Source: Carcharhinus amblyrhynchos
Taxonomy: Eukaryota
Assembly: GCA_965287045.1 (NCBI GenBank)
Contig: OZ336882.1
Location: 35,774,001 to 35,838,000 of the forward strand
Length of the DNA: 64,000 bases
Direction of reading: 5' to 3'
Each line of letters starts with the position of its first letter. Position 1 is the first letter of the stretch. Made by a program: the position numbers and the translations under genes. This document shows positions 14,201-25,348 of the stretch, one piece after another. Under the pieces are notes generated by a model. It was not told where the DNA came from. It was given only the letters and a program-made list of their open reading frames with translations, and made no database searches.

Positions 14201-16649
14201 GTCTCTCAATTTTCAGTTTATTTCTCATCTTGAGGTCCCTCAATCTCTGCTATTTGCTGGTTCAAATGTTTTGAACATCCAGTGCTTTCTGGACCGACAG
14301 TCTTGCACTCTTCCATTTTTTAATTGTGAATACTTGCATCCTGCTGTTTTCTGGTCCAAGTGTCTTTCTTTCTGCTACTTGCTGGTCTTACGTTCTGATC
14401 CCTGAGGTCTTGCACTCTCTATTGATTTCTCGTCCCGCAGTCATGCACTCTATTCCTGATGTCTCATAGTGTTTCTGCTAATTTCTGGTCCCAGAATTCT
14501 TCCAACTTTCTACTGATACCCCGTCCTGTTTTCTGGCCCAAATGTCTCTCACTGTCCACTGTTCTCTGATCTTGATGTCTTGCTCTTTGCTGTTTATGGT
14601 TTGTAACAGCTTTCACTCCACTGTTTTCTGGTCCAAAGGTGTGACACTGTCTCCTGATTTCTAGTCCTGATATCTCACAACTTATTGCTTATTTCTTGTC
14701 CTTTAAGTTTCACACTTTCTGTGATGTCCTGGTCATAAGGTTCTGCATTCCCCATTGTCTCCTGGTCCAGGATTCCCAAATTCTTTGTTGCTTTCTTGTC
14801 TGTGGTCTCATAATTTTCTTCTTACTTCTGACCTCGAATTCCCTCAATCTGTGTTAATTTTTGATCCTGAAGTCTTGAACGTTCCAGTATTTTCTGGTGC
14901 GAAACTCTTGCCCTCTTCCATTTTTTGATTGTGAAGTCTTGCACCCTGCTGTTTTCTGGTACAAATGTCTTTCTTTCTGCTATGTTCTGGTCTTAAAGTC
15001 TGGCATTCTCCTAATTTCTGGTCCTGATGTCTCACAATGTTCTGATTATTTCTGATCCCTGAAGTCTTCCACTTTTTACTGACTTCTCGTCCTGCAGCCT
15101 TGCACTCTCGATTGATTTCTAGCTGTGATGTTTCATTGTGTTCACTTGACTTCTGGTCCTGAAGTTTCACAACTTTTGGCTGATATGTGGTCCTTAGATC
15201 TTGCAACTTTCTGCTGCTTTCTGGTCCTAAAGTCTTTCACTCCTGCTGTTTTCTTATTGAAAACTCTGGCATCCTCTCGATTTCCAGTCCTGATCTCTCA
15301 CAACTTCCTGCTGATACCCCGTCGTGGAGTCTCGTACTATATACTATTTTCTGGTCCAAAGGTCTCACGCTCTCTACTGTTCCCCGGTCCTGAATTCTCG
15401 CACTCTGAGCTGTTTTCTGAGTCTGAAGTCTCACATCTTTCTGATGATTTCTAGTCCTCACAACTTTCTGCTCTTTTCTGATCCTGAAGGCTCAGTCTCT
15501 GCTATTTTCTCGTCCTAAAGTACGCTATTGTCTTGATTGTGGTCCTGTTTTCTTACATCTTCCTATTGATCTCCAGTCATTGAAATGTTACATTCTATTC
15601 TGTTTCCTGGTCATAAATACTCACATTCTCTGCTGTTTTCAGGTCCAAAATATCACAATGTTCTGCTGTTTCTGGTCCTGTTGTCTCTTCTTTGCTGTTT
15701 TCTGATCCTAAAATCTCACACTCTCTCCTGATTTCTTTCTCTGAAGTCATACATTCCCTGCTGATTTCTACTCCTGACATCTTAAAACTTTCTGCCGACT
15801 TCTGCTCCTGTAATCTCACGCTCTCCACCATTTTCAGAACCTAAAGTCTCTCCACTGTCTCCTGCCCTAAAATCTCTCAGACTCCACTGTCTACTACGCC
15901 AAATCTCACACACTGCACTATGGACTGCCCCAAAGTCTCACACTCAGTTGTCTCCTGCCACAGAATCTTGCTTTTTCCGATGTCTCCTGCACCAAAGTTT
16001 CTCAATCACCGTGGTTCCTTCCTAGAAGTTTCCAATGTTTCACTGTTGCCTGCCACAAAGTCTCACACTCAGCTTTTTATGACCCTAAATCACTCAATCT
16101 CCACATTTTCCAGTCAAAAAATATTACACTCTCCGGTGTTTCCTATACCACAGTCTCTCACTTACTGCTGTTTCCTGCCACAAATTCTCTCACTCTCCAC
16201 ATTTTCCTTCCTGGAAGTTTCAAATTCTCGTGTTTCCTACACTGAGATCTTGAACTCTGCTTTTGCTGGTCCACACTTCTCGCTGTTCTATGGACCAGAA
16301 TTCTCTCACTGCTGATTTATCATCCTGATGTCTTGCATTCACTCTTCATTTCTGTTTCTGATGGCTCACGAGAATCTGTTAATTTCTGTAACCTAAGGTC
16401 TCACAACTTTCAGCTGATACCTGGTCCTGAAGTCTCGCACTATCTGCTGATATCTGGTCCTGTAGCTTTGAACTCTCTGCTGTTTTCTGGTCTGGAATTC
16501 TCGCACTCAAGAAACAAAGAACAAAGAACAACCCAGCACAGGAAACAGGCCCTTCGGCCCAACGAGCCTGCGCCGCCGCATCGTCCTACACCTACCCTGC
16601 CCTGCGTGTATGCGAGTGGAACCCCTAACTTAGCCAGATTCAGGGGAGA

Positions 16650-16831
16650 ATAGTGTCAATTTGGTATACCAATCAGCCTAAGAGCACATCTTTGGGGTGT
16701 GGGAGGAAACCGGAGCGCCCGGAGGAAACCCATGCAACCACAGGGAGAATGCGCAAACTCCCACAGACACCGGCCCAAATCCATGTTTCTGCACAGCTAG
16801 CAGTGCTAGTCACTGAGCTGTTGCGGCACCC
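16650..16831 (-). mobile_element. V-SINE (HE1-like) core and degenerate tRNA-derived head inside the LINE 3' UTR
   Basis: Minus strand reads GTCTGTGGGAGTTTGCGCATTCTCCCTGTGGTTGCATGGGTTTCCTCCGGGCGCTCCGGTTTCCTCCCACACCCCAAAGATGTGC, matching the V-domain as I recall it. It is preceded by CAGCTCAGTGACTAGCACTGCT (decayed A-box region). No intact B box is seen. Confidence 0.85.
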
Positions 16832-17033
16832 GTCTACCGGTCCAGGATCAAGCACACACACCGACACGAAGTACTAGGCCACTCCCGGAACCTCCAAGAG
16901 CAGCCCACGCACGACCCACCGTGTGCATGCCCCTCATTTGACAACAAGGTGGACCGCCACCTGCGGAATAAAAAGACAAAAACGTTAACATATAAGTCTG
17001 CATTTCCGGTGTCTCCCGAGGCTCTGACCCTAT

Positions 17034-19818
17034 TTAATACCCCCTACTATAACCCTCCATCCTTGTTTCGCTCATGTGTCTATCTAAGTAAACCTTAACC
17101 AAGTCCAACGTGCCTGCCTCCACCACCCTACTCGGTAGCGCATTCCATACCCCCACAACCCTCTGCGTGAAGAACCTTCCTCTCACATCCAAATTATACT
17201 TCTCCCCCCTCACCCTTAGATCATGACCTCTTGTAATTGTACCCAATCTAGGGAGCAGCCTCTCACTATTGACTCTATCTATTCCCTTCAGTATCTTATA
17301 TACCTCTATCATGTCTCTCCTTAATCTCCGTCTTTCCAAGGAGAAAAGTCCCAGTTTCTCCAACCTTTCCTCATAACTCAGTCCTTCCGTGCCAGGCAAC
17401 ATCCTGGTAAACCTCCTCTGCACCCTCTCCAGAGTCTCCACATCCCTCCAGTAGTAAGGTGACCAGAACTGGACGCAGTACTCCAAATGCGGTCTAACCA
17501 ACGTTCCATACAACTGAAGCATTAGATGGCAGCTCCTATACTCTATACCCCTTCCTATAAAGGCTAGCATTCCATAAGCTTTCCTCACAACCTTCTCCAC
17601 TTGTGCCGCAACCTTCATAGACTTGTGAACCTGCACTCCCAGGTCCCTCTGTATTTCTACACTCCTAATCGGTCTACCTTTTATCACGTAGCTCCTCTCT
17701 GCATTACTCCTTCCAAAATGCATCACCTCGCATTTGTCAGGATTAAATTCCATCTGCCACCTATCTGCCCAATGTACCAACCCTCTATATCCTGCTGTAT
17801 CACCTGACATTCCACCTATCTGCCAATCCTGCCATCTTGGTGTCATCCGCAAACTTGCTGATCACACCACCTACGCCCTCTTCCAAGTCGTTTATGTATA
17901 CTACAAAGAGGAGAGGTCCCAGTACTGAGCCCTGCGGCACACCACTGGTCACTGGCCTCCAGCCCGAAAAGGTCCCCTCAACAACTACCCTCTGTCTCCT
18001 ATTGCCCAGCCAGTTCTCAATCCACCTAGCTACCTGTCCTTGTATCCCATGCGCCTTAACCTTTTCTACCAGCCTACCATGAGGGACTTTGTCAAACGCC
18101 TTACTGAAATCCATATAGATGACATCAACGGCTCTCCCATCGTCAACCGTTTTTGTCACCTCCTCAAAGAATTCTACCAGATTCGTAAGGCAAGACCTCC
18201 CCCTAACAAAGCCATGTTGCTTATCCCTAATCAGATCGCAGGGCTCCAAATGCTCATACATCCTACCCCTAAGTATTTTTTCCATTAACTTCCCTACCAC
18301 CGATGTCAAACTCACCGGTCTATAATTTCCAGGGTTATCCCTACTACCTTTTTTAAACAGCGGTACAACATTAGCTACCCTCCAGTCTTCTGGGACCTCA
18401 CCTGTGTCCAAAGAAGAGACAAAGATTTGCGCCAGAGGCCCAGCAATTTCATCTTTCACCTCCCTAAGCAGCCTGGGATAAATACCATCAGGCCCCAGAG
18501 CTTCATCCGTCCTTACACTACCTAAAAGCCTTAGCACTTCCTCCCTCGTAATAGATATTTCCTGCCACTGATCTACAGCTCCCTCCAAGACACTGCACGA
18601 CACCGAACCCCTCTCCTTCGTGAATACCGATGCAAAGTATTCATTCAGGATCTCCCCCATTCCCTCCGACTCAATACATAACTCCCCACCTTTGTCTCTA
18701 AGAGGACCAATTTTCCCTCTAACTAATCTCTTGCTCCTAATATAGGAATAAAATGCCTTCAGATTCTCCTTAATCCTATCAGCCAAAGCCATTTCATGCC
18801 CTCTCTTCGCCCTTCTAACTCCCCTTTTTAGCTCCCTCCTACTCTCTCTATATTCCTCCAGCGCACTCTCCGTACCCAGTTGTTTCAACCTAACATACGC
18901 CTCCCTCTTCTTCCTAACCAATTCTTCAATACCCCCTGTAATCCATGGCTCTCTAATCCTACCTTTCCCATCCTTCCGCTTAACCGGAACATGCCTTTCC
19001 TGCAACATTTTCAGTTTGCCCTTAAAAGCCTCCCACTTGCCAACCGTGGACTTGCCAGCTAACAGTCCCTCCCAATCAGTGTCCTTCAACTCCCTCCTAA
19101 TCTGGCTATAGCGCGCCTTCCCCCAGTTCAGCACCCTCCTGTTTGGCCGGCACTCATCTCTTTCCATTTTTATCCTAAAGTAGACGGACTTGTGGTCACT
19201 GTTAGCCACATGTTCGCCTACCTCAACCTCAACCACCTGCCCCGGCTCATTACCCAACACTAAATCCAGTATAGCCCCTTCCCTAGTCAGGCTAGTTACG
19301 TACTACTCTAGGGACCCTACCAAAACACATTTTACAAACTCCTCTCCCTCCGTACCCCCAGCTCTAGGCCCCCTCCAATCCACTCCAGGAAGATTAAAGT
19401 CACCCACTACAACCACCCTATTCTTTCTGCACCTATCCAAAATGCCCCTGCAAATGCCTTCCTCCACTGACCTCGGGCTGTTGGGTGGCCTATAGTATAC
19501 CCCTAGCATCGTAATCTCTCCCTTCTTATTCCTCAACTCCACCCACAGCGACTCAATCCCTAACTCTTCCATATTGTCCTCTCTCTGTACTGCTGTGATG
19601 TTCTCCTTTACTAACAGTGCTACCCCTCCACCTCTCTTTAACCCTCCTCTGTCACACCTAAAACACTTATACCCAGGAACATTTAGCTGCCAGTCCTGCC
19701 CTTCACGTAACCACGTCTCCGTTACTGCCACCACATCTAACTTCCTCACAAACATCAAGGCCCTAAGCTCATCCGTTTTTCCTGTCACACTCCTCGCATT
19801 GAAACAGACACAGTTCAA
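17034..19818 (-). pseudogene. Disrupted LINE ORF2 (AP endonuclease and reverse transcriptase)
   Basis: ORFs 19303-19818 and 17800-19260 share a frame and are separated by one stop at 19303-19305. Two small frameshifts near 17780-17820 follow FADDTK, then ORF 17034-17852 completes the protein. Confidence 0.92.
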
Positions 19819-22800
19819 CCCACCAGTGTCCCTCGGAACCTCCTTCTCTCTGATTCAGAATCAGAACGCTGTTTTCTGATTCTGAAGTCATTCAATCAGC
19901 TGTTTTCTGGTCCAAAGGTCTGGCATCTGCTCCTGATTTCCATTCCTGAAGTCTCACAGGTTCTGCTGATATCAGGTCCTGTATTTCACACTCTGCTGTT
20001 TTATGGTCATAGTCACGAACTCTGCTGCTTTATAGCACCAATGTCTCACTGTCTGATGTTATCTGATCCTGATGTAATGCACTTTGATGTTTTCAACTTG
20101 TAACATCTTTCACTCCACTGTTTCCTAGTCCAAAAGCCTAGTGTTCTCTCCTGATTTCTAGTCCTGGTATCACACAACTTACTGCTGATTTCTGGTGCCT
20201 CAAGTCTCGTACTCTGTGCTCTTCTGGTCATAAGATCTTGCACTCCCTGCTGTCCCCTGGTCCAGAATTCTCAAACTCTCTGCTGCTCTTCTGGTCCTGG
20301 GGTCTCACAACTCTTTGCTTACTTCTGATCTTGAAATTCCTCAATCTCTACTGTTTGCTGGTCTAAACTCTTGAACACTCCAGTGTTTTCTGGTCCAAAA
20401 CTCTTGCACTCTTCTATTTTCTAATTGTGAATACTTGCAACCTGCTGTTTTCTGGTCCAAATGTCTTTCTTTCTGCTGTGTTCTGGTTTTAAGGTTGGCA
20501 CTCTCTCCTGATTTCTGGTCCTGAAGTCAAACAATGTTCTGATGATTTCTGATCCCTGGAGTCTTGCACTCCTGACTGATTTCTCATCCTGCAGGTGTGC
20601 TCTCTCCATTGATTTCTAGTTCTGTTGATTTGTGATCCCTAAAGTTTCACAACTTTCTGCTCAAAACTTGTCCTGAAGTCCTTCACTCTGCTATTTTCTG
20701 GTCAAAAAGTCTGGCATCCTCTCCTGATTTCCAGATGTCTCATAAGTTTCTACTGATAACTGCTCCTGAAGTCGCAAAGCAAAATACTGTTTTCAGGTTC
20801 TGAAGTCTTGGTAAACTCTATGTTCCCTTGTCCTGAAGTCTCGCACTCTCTGCTGATTTCTGATGCTGTTCTAATCATGAGTTCTCTCAATCCCTGCTGT
20901 TTTCTGGTGCTGAAATCCTTCACTCTGCTGTTTTCTGGACCAAACATCTGGCATTCTCTCATGATTTCCGGTCCTGATGTCTCACAACTTTCGGCTGATA
21001 CCTGGTCCTGACACCTCGTACTTTATAGTATTTTCTGACCCTGAAGTCATTCACTCTGCTGTTTTCTGGTCTAAAGTTCTAGCATTCTGTTCTGATTTCT
21101 AATCCTGATGCCTCTTGATGTTCTGCTGATTTTTGGTCCCAGACATTCCCCAATTTTCTGCTGATACCTGTTCTGGACTTATTGGACTTGTTGCTGTTTT
21201 CTGGTCATAGTCTTGCACTCTGCTGCTTTCCAGCACCAATGTCTGTCACTGTCTGATATTATCTGATCCTGATGTCTTGCACTTTGGTACTTACAGCTTT
21301 CACTCCACTGTTTTCTAGTCCGAAGGTTTGGCATTCTCTCCTGATTTCTAGTCCTAGTGTCTCAGAACTTACTGCTGATGTCAGGCGCTTGGAACCTCAC
21401 ATTCACTGTGGTGTCCTGGTCATAAGATCTTGCATTCCTTTCTGTTCCCTGGTCCAGAATTCCTGAACTCTCTGCTGCTTTCTGGTCCTGAGCTCTCTCA
21501 ACTTTCTGCTTATTTCTGATCTTGAACTCCATCAATCTCTGCTGTTTTCTGGTCCAAATGTCTTGAACACTCCGGTGTTTCCTGGTATGACAGTCTTGCA
21601 CTCTTCCATTTTCTGATTGTGAATACTTGCACCTTGCTGTTTTCTGGTCCAAAATGTCCTTTTTTCTGCTATGTTCTGGTCTTTAAGGCCTGGCACTCCC
21701 ACCTGATTTCCAGTCCTGATGTCTCACAACGTTCTGCTGATTTCTGGTCCCAGAAGTTTCCCATCTTTCTACTGAAAACTGATCCTGATGTCTCAAATTC
21801 TCTGTTGTTTTCTGGTCATAAAATCGCACTATCTTCTGTTTCCTGGCCCCAATGTCTCTCACTGTCCACTGCTCTCCGATCCCAGTGTCTTTCACTCTGC
21901 TGTTTCCTGGGCCAAAGGTTTTGCACTCTCTCCCGATTCTTAATTCTGATGTCTCACAACTTCCTGCTGACCGCTGCTCCAGAAATCACGCACACTCTCT
22001 GCTTTCTGGTCCTGTGGTCCTTTTTTGCTTGCTTCTGACCTTAAAGACCCTCAATCTCTGCTATTTTCTGGCCCTGAAGTCTTGAACACTCCAGTGTTTT
22101 CTGGTCTGAAATTCTTGCACTTTTTCATTTTCTGATCGTGAAGCCTTGCACCCTACAATTTTCTCATTCAGATGTCTTTCTGCTGTGTTTTGGTCTTAAG
22201 GTTTGGCATTCTCTCCTGATTCTGGTCCTGATGTCTCACAATATTCTGATTATTTCTGATCCCTGAAGTCTTTCTACTGACTACTCGACCTGCATTTTTG
22301 CACTCTCGGTTGATTCTAGTTCTGATGTTGCACTGTGTTCTCTTGATTTCTGGTCCTGAAGTCACCTGAACTTTCAACAGAAATGTGGTCCTGAGGTACT
22401 GCTACTTTCTGCTGTTTTCTGGCCCTGAAGATCTTCAGTCTGCTGTTTTCTGGTCCAAAGCTCTGGCATCCACTCACGATTTCCACTCCTAATCTCTCAC
22501 AACTTTCTGCTGATACCTGGTCCTGAAGTCCTGTACTATATGCTGTTTTCTGGTCCAATGGTCTTGCACTCTCTACTGTTCCCTGGCCCAGAATTCTTTC
22601 ACTCTTAGTTGTTTCTGATTCTGACGTCTCACAACTTTCTGCTGATTTCTGGTCCTGAAGTCTCTCGATCTCCACTGTTTTCTGGTCCTAAAGCCCACAC
22701 TGTCCTGATTGTTGGTCCTGTTTTCTCACATCTGTTTGCTGATTTCCAGTCACTGAAGTGTTGCAGTCTATTCAGTTTCCTGGTCATAAATACTCACCAG

Positions 22801-23648
22801 TCTCTGTTGTTTCCTGGTCCAGAATTATTGCATTCTCTGCTGTTCTCTGCTCCTAAATCTCGCAACTTTCTGCTGTTTTGTGATCCTGAAGTATTGCACT
22901 CTGCTGTTTTCTGGTATTATAGTCTCTCCTTTTATGCTGTTTTCTGGTCCTAAAATTTCTCAATCTCTCCTGATTTCACCATGACCTGTGGATTTTTGTA
23001 ACTTAAAGTCTCATAACTTTCGGCTGATACCTTGTCCTGAAGTTTCACACTGCTGTTTTCCAGTCCAGGACTCTCATGCTCTCTGCTGTTTTCAGGCCCT
23101 GAATTGTCTCAATCTCTGTTGATTTCTGGTCCTGAGGTCTCGCACTCTCTGTGGTGTCCTGGTCATAAGATCTTGCACTCCCTCCTGTCCCCTGGTCCAG
23201 AATTCCTGAACTCCCTGCTGCTTTCTAGTCCTGAGGCCTCACAACTTTCTGCTTATTTCTGATCTTGAACTTCATCAATCTCTGCTGTTTGCTGGTCCAA
23301 ACATCTTGAACACTCCAGTGTTTTCTGGTCTGACAGTCTTGCACTCTTCCATTTTTTGATTGTGAATACCTGCTGTTTTCTGGTCCAAATGTTGTTCTTT
23401 CTGCTGTGTTCTGGTCTTACGGTCTGGAACCCTCTTCTGATTTCTGGTCCTGAAGTCTAACAATCTTCTGATGATTTCTCATCCCTGAGGTCTTGCACAC
23501 TGGATTGATTTCTCGTCCTGCAGTCTTGCACTCTATTCCTGATGTCTCACAATGTTCTGCTGATTTCTGGTCCCAGAAGTCTCCCAACTTTCAGCTGATA
23601 CCTGATCCTCAAGTCTCACACTTTCTGCTGTTTTCTGGCCCCAATGTC

Positions 23649-25348
23649 AAAAGAATAAAGAAAATTACAGCACAGGAACCGGCTCTTCGGTCCTCCAAGC
23701 CTGCACCAACCATGCTGCCTGACTTAACTAAAAACCCCTACCCTTCCAGGGACCATATCCCTCTATTCCCATTGTATTCATGTACTTGTCAAGACACCCC
23801 TTAGAAGTCACTACCATATCCGCTTCCACTACCTCCCCCGGCAATGAATTCCAGGCACCCACTACCCTCGGTATAAAAAAATCTGCCTCGTACATCTACT
23901 TTAAACCTTGCTTCTCGCACCTTAAACTGTGTCCCCTAATAATCGACTCTTTCACCCTGGGAAAAAGCTTCTGACTATCCACTCTGTCCATGCCTCTCAT
24001 AATCTTGTAGACTTCTATCAGGTTGTCCCTCAATCTCCATGTTCCAGTGAGAACAAAGCAAGTTTCTCTAAGCTCTCCTCATAACTAACACCCTCCATAC
24101 CAGGCAACATCTTGGTAAATCTTTTCTGTACCTTCTCCAAAGAACATAAGAACATAAGAAATAGGAGCAGGAGTGGGCCATCTAGCCCTTCGAGCCTGCC
24201 CCGCCATTCAATAAGATCATGGCTGATCTGTCGTGGCTCAGTTCCACATTCCCGCCCTCTCCCCATAACCCTTAATCCCCTCGCTTATCAAAAACCCATC
24301 AACCCGCATCTTAAAAATATTTAGCGAGGCAGCCTCCACCACCTCAACGGGCAGAGAATTCCAGAGATTCACCACCCTTTGAGTGGAGAAGTTCCTCCTC
24401 AACTCCATTCTAAACCACCCCCCCTTTATCTTGAGGCTGTGCCCCCTAGTCCTACTGTCCTTTCTGAGCGGGAAGAGTCTCTCCACCTCTATCCTATCCA
24501 TCCCATTCATCATCATATATGTCTTAATGAGATCTCCCCTCATTCTTCTAAACTCTAACGAGGACAAGCCTAGTTTATTCAGCCTCTCCTCATAGCTCAA
24601 CCCCCTCAACTCCGGTATCAGCCTAGTAAACCTCCTCTGCACTCCCTCCAAGGCCAAAATATCCTTGCGTAAGTACGGCGACCAAAACTGCACACAGTAC
24701 TCCAGCTGCGGCCTCACCAATGCCCTATACAGCCGCAACAAGACCCCCCTACTTTTATATTCAATCTCCTTCGCTATGAAGGCCAGCATCCCATTCGCCT
24801 TCCTGACCACCTGCTGCACCTGCAGGCTGGATTTTTGCGACTCATGCACAAGGACCCCGAGGTCCCTCTGCACCGTCGCCTGCTGCAGTTTTTCGTCACG
24901 TAAGTAATAGTCCTTCCTACCATTATTCCTACCAAAGTGGACCACCTCGCACTTGCCAACATTAAATTCCATTTGCCATTTCCTGGCCCATTCGCCCAGC
25001 CTATCTAGATCCTTCTGCAGACTCTCCACACCCTCCGCGCAATTTGCCATTCCACCAATCTTGGTGTCATCAGCAAATTTCGACACCATACACTCGGTTC
25101 CCTCCTCCAGATCATATAAATGGTAAATAGCTGAGGCCCCAGCACCGACCCCTGGGACACTCCACTAGTCACCAACCGCCAATCCGAATAGCACCCATTA
25201 ACCCCCATCCTCTGCCTCCTATTTGACAACCAATCCTCTATCCACGCTAACACCCTACCCCCAACTCCATGCCCCCTTACCTTCTGCAATAACCTCTTGT
25301 GAGGTACCTTGTCAAAAGCCTCCACATCCTTCTGGAAGTGTGACTTCA
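23649..25348 (-). mobile_element. CR1-clade LINE 3' fragment (host element; pieces 23649-24142 and about 25315-25348)
   Basis: 3' tail and GGACCGAAGAGCCGG motif at 23649-23695; ORF2 C-terminus LEKVQKRFTKMLPGMEGVSYEE. The frame resumes as HFQKDVEA after the nested element. CAATGTC at 23642-23648 and 25349-25355 is a candidate TSD. Confidence 0.88.
24143..25314 (-). mobile_element. CR1-clade LINE, 5'-truncated, nested in the previous LINE
   Basis: (TTCTTATG)n tail at about 24140-24160. ORF 24238-25089 runs SKFADDTK...VVNLWNSLP, with upstream AFDKVPH and GVSQGSVLGP in another frame. AAAG on both sides (24139-24142, 25315-25318). Confidence 0.94.

Larger units (their letters stand above)
16509..19853 (-). 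mobile_element. CR1-clade LINE, truncated just upstream of the endonuclease domain, with an extended 3' UTR
   Basis: Minus-strand ORFs give an APE endonuclease (NCVCFNARS, VAVTETWL, GVYYRPP, VVVGDFN), RT ([36 protein letters not shown]) and the CR1 C-terminus. The 3' end has the GGGCCGAAGGGCCTG motif and a (TTCTTTG)n tail at about 16509-16532. An empty paralogous site is visible at about 13721-13760. Confidence 0.96.

Noticed and set aside
16771-16831. tRNA gene
   Set aside because: Only a decayed SINE head, with no cloverleaf or intact B box.
16830-17033. HDV-like ribozyme in the LINE 3' UTR
   Set aside because: I could not build the P1/P2/P3 nested pseudoknot by eye on either strand; only simple hairpins are evident.
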